DNA of 64,000 bases from a virus. The stretch lies in IMG/VR virus record IMGVR_UViG_3300031132_000002; one strand, written 5' to 3'. The translations under genes and the position numbers were made by a program. Positions 29,073 through 37,374 of the stretch are shown one piece after another. The stretch's first letter is position 1; every line of letters begins with the position of its first letter. The notes beneath the pieces were generated by a model, which had not been told where the DNA came from, made no database searches, and saw nothing but the letters and a program-made list of their open reading frames with translations.

Positions 29073-29669
29073 TTAGCGACGACGAGAAGAACTGAAACTA
29101 CGTGAACTGCTGCTTCGTGAAGAGAAGCTAGACGAGCTACGGCTAGGCTTGCTATAAGAGCGGGAGCTAGATGAGCTAGAAGAACGGCTAAAGCTACTCG
29201 GTGCGCTCTTATAAGTGCTGCTAGATTTACCGCCACCAAACCAACCGCGAGTTGTCGTAGTACGTGTGGTTGTAGTCGGAGCGTTGCGGTTATAAGAACT
29301 GCTGCTTGAATATGAACTACCACCACGATAGTTACCACCGTTGCTGTAGCTACTGCTATTATTGTGATTATTAATCACAGTAGTATTATTGCCACGACCA
29401 GCATTAGACAGAAGATGACCAGTAAGTGCGCCAGCGGCGAAAGTTGCCAGACCGCTATCGTGATGACCACTACCTGCAACAACTATAGTAGAAGGCTGTT
29501 GCTGAACCACAACTGGATTATCTGCATAGCCGTCTCCGTCATAATCGTATTGCTGCTGCTGCTGGGGAGCAGGGACAACCACGGTACGGGTACGATGATC
29601 GTCACAACCTGTAAGTGCTACGGTTGCCAGAAGAACAGTTGCTGCCAGAGTGATGATTGACTTTTTCAT
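29073..29669 (-). CDS. Lipoprotein with Ser/Arg-rich disordered tail (DUF1190-like)
   Basis: Lipobox ALTGC; Gly-rich helix FAAGALTGHLLS; ends SSSRSFSSSRRR. Confidence 0.8.
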   Translation of the reverse strand: MKKSIITLAATVLLATVALTGCDDHRTRTVVVPAPQQQQQYDYDGDGYADNPVVVQQQPSTIVVAGSGHHDSGLATFAAGALTGHLLSNAGRGNNTTVINNHNNSSSYSNGGNYRGGSSYSSSSSYNRNAPTTTTRTTTTRGWFGGGKSSSTYKSAPSSFSRSSSSSSSRSYSKPSRSSSSFSSRSSSSRSFSSSRRR

Positions 29670-29860
29670 AATTTATCCTCGCTTTAAGTTATTTAGATTG
29701 TATTACTTCACACTTGCCAAAACAATGAGACTCACCTTTATTTGTGAACTCAATCTTACCACCGTTCAGAGCACAAATCAATACCGTTGCAATAATAATC
29801 CATCCGATTGTTGATGCTACAAAGTCTATGACTGCAAAGACATATCCGAACCACTTCATA

Positions 29861-30226
29861 CTACACCTCCGCTACAGGTACGTCAACAAATACTTCAACA
29901 TCTTTTTCTTCATCCCAGAACATCAAACCGTTATCTGTTTCTGCGGTACTAAAAGAAGAAGTCCAATACTCGTGTAAGTGGATCTCCAAGATAAGCGTAT
30001 CGTCTGCGTCGGTGACTAACTTATGGTAGCTTACGCGCTTTCTGACTTCACACTCGCCTTCACCGTCTCCATCACAAGCCACAATACCGGACGGGATGTA
30101 AAGGTTATCTACAGTAGATGCAACAATCTTGATGCCAGGATGAGCAGCCTTCAAGCCTGTTATTGCATCGGATAAATGACGACAGAATAGATAGTTTTCT
30201 AGGAAGTCTTCGTTAGAATATACCAT
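29861..30226 (-). CDS. Hypothetical protein
   Basis: Start refined to MVYSNE after AGGAG. Confidence 0.65.
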   Translation of the reverse strand: MVYSNEDFLENYLFCRHLSDAITGLKAAHPGIKIVASTVDNLYIPSGIVACDGDGEGECEVRKRVSYHKLVTDADDTLILEIHLHEYWTSSFSTAETDNGLMFWDEEKDVEVFVDVPVAEV

Positions 30227-30423
30227 TACTTTTCTCCTTGTGGAATGCAATCACTGAATTCAATAACATATCCGTGCTTCTGACCGTCTCGGTTCTCTGC
30301 TTGCATAGCAAACTTAGCTATTTCAGTTTGACACGTTTGATAGGACAGGTCAGGAACAACTACCTGATTCCAACCACCGTTACTATTATAAAGCATACTC
30401 GTTATCAGCACTAAAGTAAACAT
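30226..30423 (-). CDS. Small secreted/membrane protein
   Basis: Hydrophobic N-terminus, two Cys. Confidence 0.6.
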   Translation of the reverse strand: MFTLVLITSMLYNSNGGWNQVVVPDLSYQTCQTEIAKFAMQAENRDGQKHGYVIEFSDCIPQGEK

Positions 30424-30636
30424 ATTATCTCCCCTCTCTTATTGATAATGCCATTAGCGCGATTGCTGCCGATGGCAGGAATATAAACACTGTACAGCAT
30501 AGAAATAAAATAATCAAGCTCTTGTCCTATAAAAGTTTTTTGATAATTGACACTATGAAACATATTGCCAACACCGGAAGAACCAAGAGTACGATACCTA
30601 AGGCAAACATTGCAAACATTATTTTCTCCTTTAACG

Positions 30637-30660
30637 AAAAAGCCTCCCGAAGGAGGCTCT
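30637..30660 (-). terminator. Intrinsic terminator after the TerC-like gene
   Basis: GCCTCC-TTCG-GGAGGC plus TTTTT on the minus strand. Confidence 0.8.
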
Positions 30661-30664
30661 ATTT

Positions 30665-31729
30665 TTATTCAGTTGCTTCTTCTAAAGCTTCTTTCTTGTT
30701 GAGTACGTGGCTGTGGTAAACCGCTGCACCCAGGAAAGCTACGCCAATCAGACCAGTTACTACTTCCGGCACTTCGAACACAAAGTTCAGAAGCATAATC
30801 ACTGCCAGGCACAGGATAGCGAAGAAAGCTCCGTTCTCCATATAGCGGTATTCACCCATATGTCCAGACTCAAGTACGTGGAGAGTCATAGAACGTACAA
30901 ACAGTGCGCCAATGCCCAGACCAATCATAATCACCAAGAAGTACTGTGTGATAGCGAATGCTGCAATCAGTCCATCAAAACTCATAGATGCATCCAGAAT
31001 CTCCAGGTAGATAAAGCCAGCCAGACCTGATTTAACCGCCATTCCTGTAACTTTAGCCATTGCTTCATCTTTCGCTTCAAGCCACTCAGACAGTAAGTGG
31101 ATACCCAGGAACAGCAGGACACCTACTGCACCAGAAGCTAGGAACGGTACACGTTCTGCTTGTTCTGCACCAAAACTTGCTGCAATCAGTGCTACTAAAG
31201 TAATACCAACCTGTACTGTAAGACTACCGCCCATCTTAGCTAAAGGTTTTTCAATCCAACCCAACCAGTGATTATCTTTCTCATCATCCAGGAAGAAGCC
31301 CAGAGCCACCATTAACAGGAATGCACCACCAAAACTCGCTACCAGATGATGACTAGACTGTAACACCTCTGCATACTGCTTAGGGTCATTGAAGCCTAAC
31401 CATACTGCGTGCCAAGGTGTCATTTCACCCAGACCAGCCACAATCAGAATCGGAAGCACCAGCCGCATACCAAATACCGCAATCAACATACCCCAGGTAA
31501 GAAAACGCTTTTTCCAAACCTCATCCATATCTGCCAGTTTCTTTGCGTTCAGTACTGCATTATCTGCTGAGAGAGAAACCTCAAGAACAGACAGAATCAT
31601 CACCGCCACCAAACCTTCAATCAATCCGGTAATAGTACCCGTCTCTGCGAATCCGATGTAACCGCCGAGTGCGATACCGATACCCCAAAGGATTGTTGGG
31701 ATCTTATAGTATTTCATAAATGTGTTCAT
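30665..31729 (-). CDS. TerC-like integral membrane protein (DUF475)
   Basis: LEVSLSADNAV, WGMLIAVFGMR, YLEILDASMSFDG, GLGIGALFVRS, YRYMENGA. Confidence 0.9.
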   Translation of the reverse strand: MNTFMKYYKIPTILWGIGIALGGYIGFAETGTITGLIEGLVAVMILSVLEVSLSADNAVLNAKKLADMDEVWKKRFLTWGMLIAVFGMRLVLPILIVAGLGEMTPWHAVWLGFNDPKQYAEVLQSSHHLVASFGGAFLLMVALGFFLDDEKDNHWLGWIEKPLAKMGGSLTVQVGITLVALIAASFGAEQAERVPFLASGAVGVLLFLGIHLLSEWLEAKDEAMAKVTGMAVKSGLAGFIYLEILDASMSFDGLIAAFAITQYFLVIMIGLGIGALFVRSMTLHVLESGHMGEYRYMENGAFFAILCLAVIMLLNFVFEVPEVVTGLIGVAFLGAAVYHSHVLNKKEALEEATE

Positions 31730-31826
31730 TTGTTTCTCCTCTAATTAGCTAGCAACCTATTTGCTAACTCTCTCGTCTTGATGTGATACATCTTACCAGA
31801 ATCTTTTTACTCGTCAATCTTTATTT

Positions 31827-32060
31827 TCAATCTTTATCAAAGTTTTGCACTTGGCTTGCTGGTAGACATTGGGAGGTGATGTTACTACCTCCATCGAACA
31901 CCCAACACATTACACCGTGTGTTTTATCTTTTACAACTAAAACATCAGCCTTTGTAAAACCGCCGCTGTAAACCTTTTCTTGCTGAATATCAGCAGCGTG
32001 TGCAATAGCGCCTAAGCCACACAGGAAAACAAACAATGCTACTTTAAGTATAATCTTCAT
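31827..32060 (-). CDS. Small secreted protein
   Basis: Signal peptide; DKTHGVMCWV...SQCLP. Confidence 0.7.
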   Translation of the reverse strand: MKIILKVALFVFLCGLGAIAHAADIQQEKVYSGGFTKADVLVVKDKTHGVMCWVFDGGSNITSQCLPASQVQNFDKD

Positions 32061-32130
32061 AAAATACCCTCCAGAAAGAGGACGGCGAACAGGAATACTA
32101 TAACAATCAGCACCATACGCCGTTCCTTAT

Positions 32131-32487
32131 TTAAAGTGTTTCGATCTTATAGAAGTTGAAAACCGAATCTTCTACTTCTTGGAAGTGAAGTCGCATAATG
32201 CCTTTGTTATTGGCACATTCAACATCATAGAAACCGTCACCGACATTTACACATTGCATAGCTTGGGCAACCATACCTTCACTGAGGATACGATTCAGAG
32301 CGTCAATGGTGTCTTCGTGAGTGACACCCTCCTGACCTTCGTAGAAGTATGCACGGTTATCCTCTCGGATAATACTAAGGATGGTTTTTCCACCGACAGT
32401 GAAGTGTCCAACATAGTCAAACTTAATCTGTTTGTCACCGACTTCCACCATAAGCTGATAGTCTGCGTTAGGTACTAATTGTTCCAT
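32131..32487 (-). CDS. Hypothetical protein
   Basis: RBS GGAGG and own promoter. Confidence 0.7.
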   Translation of the reverse strand: MEQLVPNADYQLMVEVGDKQIKFDYVGHFTVGGKTILSIIREDNRAYFYEGQEGVTHEDTIDALNRILSEGMVAQAMQCVNVGDGFYDVECANNKGIMRLHFQEVEDSVFNFYKIETL

Positions 32488-32543
32488 ACTTCCTCCTTGT
32501 TTCTTTGATGAGGGAAGGATAACACATCCTCCCTCTTTGTCAA

Positions 32544-32750
32544 TCAGTTTTTCTTGAAGATGCTACGTGCAATTACCATAAGAATAGCAACACAGATGAC
32601 GTTACCCCAACTCAGAGCAAGTACGTGCCAATCAAACTGAACTGCGACATAATCATACGCCCAAATCAGCAGGAAGCTGGGGATCAGCATAATCAAGAAT
32701 GAAATAAAAATAAATACCAAGAATACAAAGATAGCCACAATAGCTTCCAT
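32544..32750 (-). CDS. Two-TM membrane protein
   Basis: Hydrophobic; RBS AGGAG. Confidence 0.65.
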   Translation of the reverse strand: MEAIVAIFVFLVFIFISFLIMLIPSFLLIWAYDYVAVQFDWHVLALSWGNVICVAILMVIARSIFKKN

Positions 32751-32760
32751 TTATATCTCC

Positions 32761-33015
32761 TTATGTTGTAATTGGGATGGTGAACTCACCGATCATATTG
32801 CCAGGAGGTGTATCTTTAAACAGAGGGCTGTTGAACAGTTTAAGCTGGTCTTCTTTCCACTCAGATACATCTACTGCTTTCAGGAAGGCGTCTAAACTAA
32901 TAACGCCAGCTTCTTCCGTTTCTCCGACATAAAATCCTGTCTGGTTTTCACCATCACTCACCAGGACTGTTACATCATCATACGGGAACTTTGTCACTGT
33001 AAATACTTTTGCCAC
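32761..33015 (-). CDS. Hypothetical protein
   Basis: RBS GGAGG, GTG start. Confidence 0.6.
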   Translation of the reverse strand: MAKVFTVTKFPYDDVTVLVSDGENQTGFYVGETEEAGVISLDAFLKAVDVSEWKEDQLKLFNSPLFKDTPPGNMIGEFTIPITT

Positions 33016-33016
33016 A

Positions 33017-33550
33017 TTACCTCCGTAATAGTGCGTCTTGCGCTTCTTTCGATAGGGAGAATACTACTACACGGTTATCCGTAAGGCAAACAGTTTCTTC
33101 GATCATTGCCTCAATGATTCTCCATTTGGCTCCAGCCAACCCACAACCTAGAGCGGGTAGTCCTATGTTTAGGTCTTCTGCTCCCCAATCAACTAGCTTA
33201 AAGGCCATTCCCTCTAGTGCGTTGTAGATCGCATCATAGTCCAGGTCACGTTGTCCTAGCTGACGTTTGGTGAAGCCATATTGACCGTATAGATTGAAAA
33301 CATCAGGACAATTATATCCTAAAAGATCGTAATCTTCTGGTTCAGCGATACCTAAGCTGAAAGTACCTAGCTTTTCCCTGTCACCTCGGACTGTTTGCTT
33401 ATCTGCTTCTGCTGCATAAGGGAATGCCTTCACGATTTGAGGGGCAATACCCGATTTCATAGTATTCATACAGTTAGCACAATGTGCGATCACTTGGACG
33501 TTGCCTTTCTTACCTTGATCAATCAGATTTCCAATTTGATAATCAATCAT
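33017..33550 (-). CDS. Macrodomain (ADP-ribose binding/hydrolase) protein
   Basis: IAHCANCMNTMKSGIA, VFNLYGQY, LPALGCGLAGAKW; start refined to MIDYQIGNL. Confidence 0.9.
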   Translation of the reverse strand: MIDYQIGNLIDQGKKGNVQVIAHCANCMNTMKSGIAPQIVKAFPYAAEADKQTVRGDREKLGTFSLGIAEPEDYDLLGYNCPDVFNLYGQYGFTKRQLGQRDLDYDAIYNALEGMAFKLVDWGAEDLNIGLPALGCGLAGAKWRIIEAMIEETVCLTDNRVVVFSLSKEAQDALLRR

Positions 33551-33728
33551 ACCAGCCCGTCCTGTTGTCCAAGAAACGCTCATACGGCATACTAGATCGG
33601 TACATACTGAAACCTTTTATACGCCTACGCATATTGAAGTCCAGTTTATGTTTGCTAGGGCCATTCCCCAACATAACGCGAAAGGCTAAGCGGTTTATAC
33701 GCCTATTCTCTATTGCTCTTAATCTCAT
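33543..33728 (-). CDS. Small basic protein
   Basis: Arg-rich; coupled to neighbours. Confidence 0.55.
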   Translation of the reverse strand: MRLRAIENRRINRLAFRVMLGNGPSKHKLDFNMRRRIKGFSMYRSSMPYERFLDNRTGWYD

Positions 33729-33923
33729 TTACCCTCCTGTTGACACAGTTATGGGGCCATAATGAATTCCTACCCATATCATTAAAAGTCCCAAGCACAT
33801 TGGCAGAACAAATACAAAACCTACGTGTTGTAATTTACTGACAAAATATGCTACGAAAGTAGACCAAAGAAATATCACTAGGCCCAGAGCCACAAGTATA
33901 ATCTCACCAAAGACTGCCATCAT
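33729..33923 (-). CDS. Two-TM membrane protein
   Basis: Hydrophobic; coupled. Confidence 0.6.
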   Translation of the reverse strand: MMAVFGEIILVALGLVIFLWSTFVAYFVSKLQHVGFVFVLPMCLGLLMIWVGIHYGPITVSTGG

Positions 33924-34240
33924 TTACCTGCCCACTTTTCGCACTTTTTATCGATAGTTTCTTCCAGCATAACTGAGAGAATATTTGCCAAACTTTGGTC
34001 GTCAAGTTCTGAGTAGGTATGTTGTGTCTTAAGATACTGGAACGCCAGATCAACTACACAAATGATTACATCCGAGCACTCTCCGAGTAATCCCTCTTTC
34101 CGCTTCTGAGGGTTAAGCAGCCAATCGGCTACTTCCCCTGATTCAGAACTTAGGTAAAGGGCAATATCTTTCAGAGAGCGTCCGTCTTTTTTCTCAACAC
34201 TTGTTTCAATAATGCTAGATAAGTCCAGACGCATAAACAT
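33920..34240 (-). CDS. MazG-like all-alpha NTP pyrophosphohydrolase
   Basis: LSSESGEVA...GECSDVIIC (ExGE..E..D). Confidence 0.75.
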   Translation of the reverse strand: MFMRLDLSSIIETSVEKKDGRSLKDIALYLSSESGEVADWLLNPQKRKEGLLGECSDVIICVVDLAFQYLKTQHTYSELDDQSLANILSVMLEETIDKKCEKWAGK

Positions 34241-34800
34241 TAAGCCTCCCAGATGTACTTAGTTGCAGATACAGAAGTTTTATTGGTTTTGACTTCCCAA
34301 TGCTTTTCCTGATTTTGGATATGGATACGGTCATTAGGAGTAACCAATTCCAGATGAATCACACCTTCCAGTTTGGTAGTCTTAACGGTCTCAAATCCTT
34401 CGCCAGAAGCCACAGGCTGAGAGATAAACACTGTGTCCATACCTATGACAGCTACGGAAGCAACGTTCGTCAGTTCGTACTGAGCGCCGTTCTCGTAGGT
34501 AATCAAGATATCAGTCTTTTTACGGACAGGTGGCTTCTGCTTAGGACGACGAACATTTTTAGTTTTCTTAGCATAGTGCGCACGGGCAAAGGTAGGGATG
34601 TGCTTACCTTCTGGTGTTGTAGAGGTGTCTAGGATAAAGCGATCCCTCTTAGCCCCACCCACATAACCCTCATCAGTCATTACGTAAAACAGGCTATCAC
34701 ACTGTTCAACGATAGTGTACGACTTACCTTCGGTCAGCCACTGCTCCATACCACTAACCATAACAGCCACTACATTCTTACCACGCATATCATTTTTCAT
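34240..34800 (-). CDS. SH3-like domain plus basic linker plus shared C-terminal domain
   Basis: WLTEGKSYTIV; KKTKNVRRPK linker; ITYENGAQYELTN. Confidence 0.7.
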   Translation of the reverse strand: MKNDMRGKNVVAVMVSGMEQWLTEGKSYTIVEQCDSLFYVMTDEGYVGGAKRDRFILDTSTTPEGKHIPTFARAHYAKKTKNVRRPKQKPPVRKKTDILITYENGAQYELTNVASVAVIGMDTVFISQPVASGEGFETVKTTKLEGVIHLELVTPNDRIHIQNQEKHWEVKTNKTSVSATKYIWEA

Positions 34801-35062
34801 CTTTTATCTCCCATCGTTTTTTATAGATATCTTCAATCTCGAAATAATACCCTAAGTGAGTATCAATGTCAATATCAGATCCGGTATTTTTACAACTATC
34901 CAACAGCATCTTATAAACCGCCAACATCTGAAATCCTCCCGTTAAGAGGAATTCTTCGTGCTTAAAGTCTGGATTCTCCAGCAACTGCTTATAGTTACTG
35001 CCAACCATACGTATGATGCAACCTATATCTTGGTGCATCCATCGCAAATATTGTTCGTGCAT
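34790..35062 (-). CDS. Hypothetical protein
   Basis: RBS GGGAG; coupled. Confidence 0.6.
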   Translation of the reverse strand: MHEQYLRWMHQDIGCIIRMVGSNYKQLLENPDFKHEEFLLTGGFQMLAVYKMLLDSCKNTGSDIDIDTHLGYYFEIEDIYKKRWEIKDEK

Positions 35063-35097
35063 TACTCCCTCAAAAGGGGCCGAAGCCCCTTATTGTA

Positions 35098-35955
35098 TTA
35101 GAAACGTAGTTCGAACATCTTACTGTTCATAATGGTGCGGTCTTGGGCATACACCATCCACTGACCATCCAGGAAATAATCCTGATACACTTCTTCAACT
35201 CCTTTCGGAGATTCTAGCATAACACTGCGTACCAGCTTAGCATCGATCTTATTCAGTACTCGCTGAGAGATACCTTTTTCGACTTTCTTCTCTGTGATGA
35301 TAGAGAAAATACCATCCACTAGAGATACATTCTTAACACTACGGAAGGTGAAAGAGTCACCATTCTTGTAGCGCAGCGTAGCCGATGTAGTGGTTTTCTT
35401 AGGAGGTGCCTTACGTTTCCGACGAACACGAGGAACTCGTGGTTTCTCTTCTTTTGCTACAGATGCGATTGGATCTTGATCTACGCCTACTTTATCCAAG
35501 AATGCAGCCAAGAAATCCGCACCAGACACTTCAAAAAGATCGGTATTTGGTTTATGCATCTGGACATTACCACTATCCACACCGTTCATACCTTCACGCT
35601 CATCAAAGAATATTGCGTGTTTGTGTTCCAGTGAAGGGTTAATAAGAGCAGTATACTCTTGAGCACTTTCCCAAGATTTGTAGCCAGCAATAATACCTGC
35701 TTGGATCAGCGGGGCCACAACACTTTTATTCTCTTTGTAGTTGAAGAACATTTGTTCAATGTCGATCTCCAGCATAACAAATTGCCAAACAATTCCGTTC
35801 AATGGAACTTCAATATTATGTCCAATCTCTGAGGCTACCAGGTACGTGTTACAGTTGAGGCGGATGTTAAACTGACCTGCACCTAATACACGATATATTC
35901 TACCTTCGATAAAAGAAGATGGTGAACCGGTAGCAGTACATTTTAAGAATTTCAT
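35098..35955 (-). CDS. SH3-like domain plus basic linker plus shared C-terminal domain
   Basis: Start refined to MKFLKCT; FIEGRIYRV; RVRRKRK linker; LRYKNGDSFTFRS. Confidence 0.72.
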   Translation of the reverse strand: MKFLKCTATGSPSSFIEGRIYRVLGAGQFNIRLNCNTYLVASEIGHNIEVPLNGIVWQFVMLEIDIEQMFFNYKENKSVVAPLIQAGIIAGYKSWESAQEYTALINPSLEHKHAIFFDEREGMNGVDSGNVQMHKPNTDLFEVSGADFLAAFLDKVGVDQDPIASVAKEEKPRVPRVRRKRKAPPKKTTTSATLRYKNGDSFTFRSVKNVSLVDGIFSIITEKKVEKGISQRVLNKIDAKLVRSVMLESPKGVEEVYQDYFLDGQWMVYAQDRTIMNSKMFELRF

Positions 35956-35965
35956 ATTTCTCTCC

Positions 35966-36403
35966 TTATTTGAGGGAAGCTGTAGCCAGAGATGAAGCAA
36001 GTTTACCATCGAAAGCACCGACATAGTTTTCACGAAGATGTTTCATAAAGTCAGGCATCTTTTTACCTTCTGCCTTAAACTCAGCAATCATCTCCACGAG
36101 ATCTTCTTCTGTTAACTGTTCCGGCATATAGCCTTCCAGAATGCGCACATCGCGTTCTGATGCCTCTCGGCGCTTAGCGTCATCAAGTTTACGGTAGGTT
36201 TCTGCTGCACCCTTAGCATCGCTTAGAGCAGCCTTGAGGACGGGCAGAAGAATATCGTTATCCGTCTTAGCCAGGTTTGCTTTATTGGACTTAGCCAGGT
36301 CAAATGCACCTAACAGGTTTGTCAGTGTTGCGAAACGTGCGTGGTCTTTGTCAAAACGCGCACAAATACGATCTGCTTTGATAATGCTTACTGTGTCTTT
36401 CAT
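35966..36403 (-). CDS. GatB/YqeY domain protein
   Basis: ILEGYMPEQLTEEDL...MKHLRENYVGAFDGK. Confidence 0.85.
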   Translation of the reverse strand: MKDTVSIIKADRICARFDKDHARFATLTNLLGAFDLAKSNKANLAKTDNDILLPVLKAALSDAKGAAETYRKLDDAKRREASERDVRILEGYMPEQLTEEDLVEMIAEFKAEGKKMPDFMKHLRENYVGAFDGKLASSLATASLK

Positions 36404-36452
36404 ATGATCTCCTCTTTATTTTTGTTAATCTTGCCTGTTATGGTTTAACAAG

Positions 36453-36905
36453 TCAAGCGTTAATTTGTGTTTCCAGATAACGAATATAGCGGGATGCTTT
36501 TTCCATCAGGTCATATTCTTCCCCGTCACAGCCTTCCTGAGCGGCTAATGCAGACAATGCATAAGCAATATCTACTTCCCGCCCTTGGAAGTGTCCCATA
36601 TGGACTTTCCCCAGAGGTTCCTCTTTTAATGGTCGCTCTTTCAGGGGCTTAAGCGATAGTTCTCCTGCTTCATCTAATGCAACGAGACACCAGAACCAAG
36701 ATTCGCCGCCATCGTGAAGAGGATATTCAACGTCAAAAATCTTATCCGTTGACAGGCAGCGGAGGCGAGTCACGCCTGGATATAGGCCATCACGATTTTC
36801 TACCTTTAGGATCTGAAACGCAAAGCCTGTCTTAATCTCAGGCCATTGTGCAATAGTTTCTTCATCGTCGTTTAAAACCGTATAGCATTTTCCAATATAG
36901 CTCAT
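36453..36905 (-). CDS. Hypothetical protein
   Basis: RBS GAGGAGG; own promoter at 36931-36959. Confidence 0.7.
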   Translation of the reverse strand: MSYIGKCYTVLNDDEETIAQWPEIKTGFAFQILKVENRDGLYPGVTRLRCLSTDKIFDVEYPLHDGGESWFWCLVALDEAGELSLKPLKERPLKEEPLGKVHMGHFQGREVDIAYALSALAAQEGCDGEEYDLMEKASRYIRYLETQINA

Positions 36906-36955
36906 AGTCCCTCCTCGTTAAGTTAGGAGCATCTTACGACACTCCTTAGATAACG

Positions 36956-37117
36956 TCAATCTTTCTTTTTCAATGAAGCGAGGATCTTTTCAACCTCGTG
37001 TTCTGCCCAAGTGAAGCCTTTCTCAGATAACCAGTTAACAGCTTTCTGAATAGCTTCTTGGGTGTGGGGATCGTGAAGTTCTTTCTCTGCCCAAGCAATA
37101 AGTGCGCTCTTATCCAT
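36956..37117 (-). CDS. 53-aa helical protein
   Basis: MDKSALIAWAEKELH...; TAATG coupling; below the track cutoff. Confidence 0.6.
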   Translation of the reverse strand: MDKSALIAWAEKELHDPHTQEAIQKAVNWLSEKGFTWAEHEVEKILASLKKKD

Positions 37118-37374
37118 TATCGTGCTCCTACTGGATAAACCATATTAGGTCTGCCAGTATATTTATCGAACATAGAAGGTGCCACCACCTCCTCAATATA
37201 CCTTACACCATACAGGGTAAGGGTGCGTTTACCCTTCAAATGTTCGGGTTCAGGTTCCTGCGTCTGTGATGCAGTCCATTGAATGTTCTCACTTGCTGCC
37301 TTTACAAGCAATTGAAAGGCTACAGCAGGAAGATAAATCTCTCGGACTTCATATTTACCTGTTGAAATGTACAA
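37117..37374 (-). CDS. Hypothetical protein
   Basis: RBS GGAGG, TTG start. Confidence 0.6.
   Translation of the reverse strand: MYISTGKYEVREIYLPAVAFQLLVKAASENIQWTASQTQEPEPEHLKGKRTLTLYGVRYIEEVVAPSMFDKYTGRPNMVYPVGAR

Noticed and set aside
29063-29338. 91-aa hydrophobic alternative-frame ORF
   Set aside because: Shadow of the Ser-rich lipoprotein tail; no RBS
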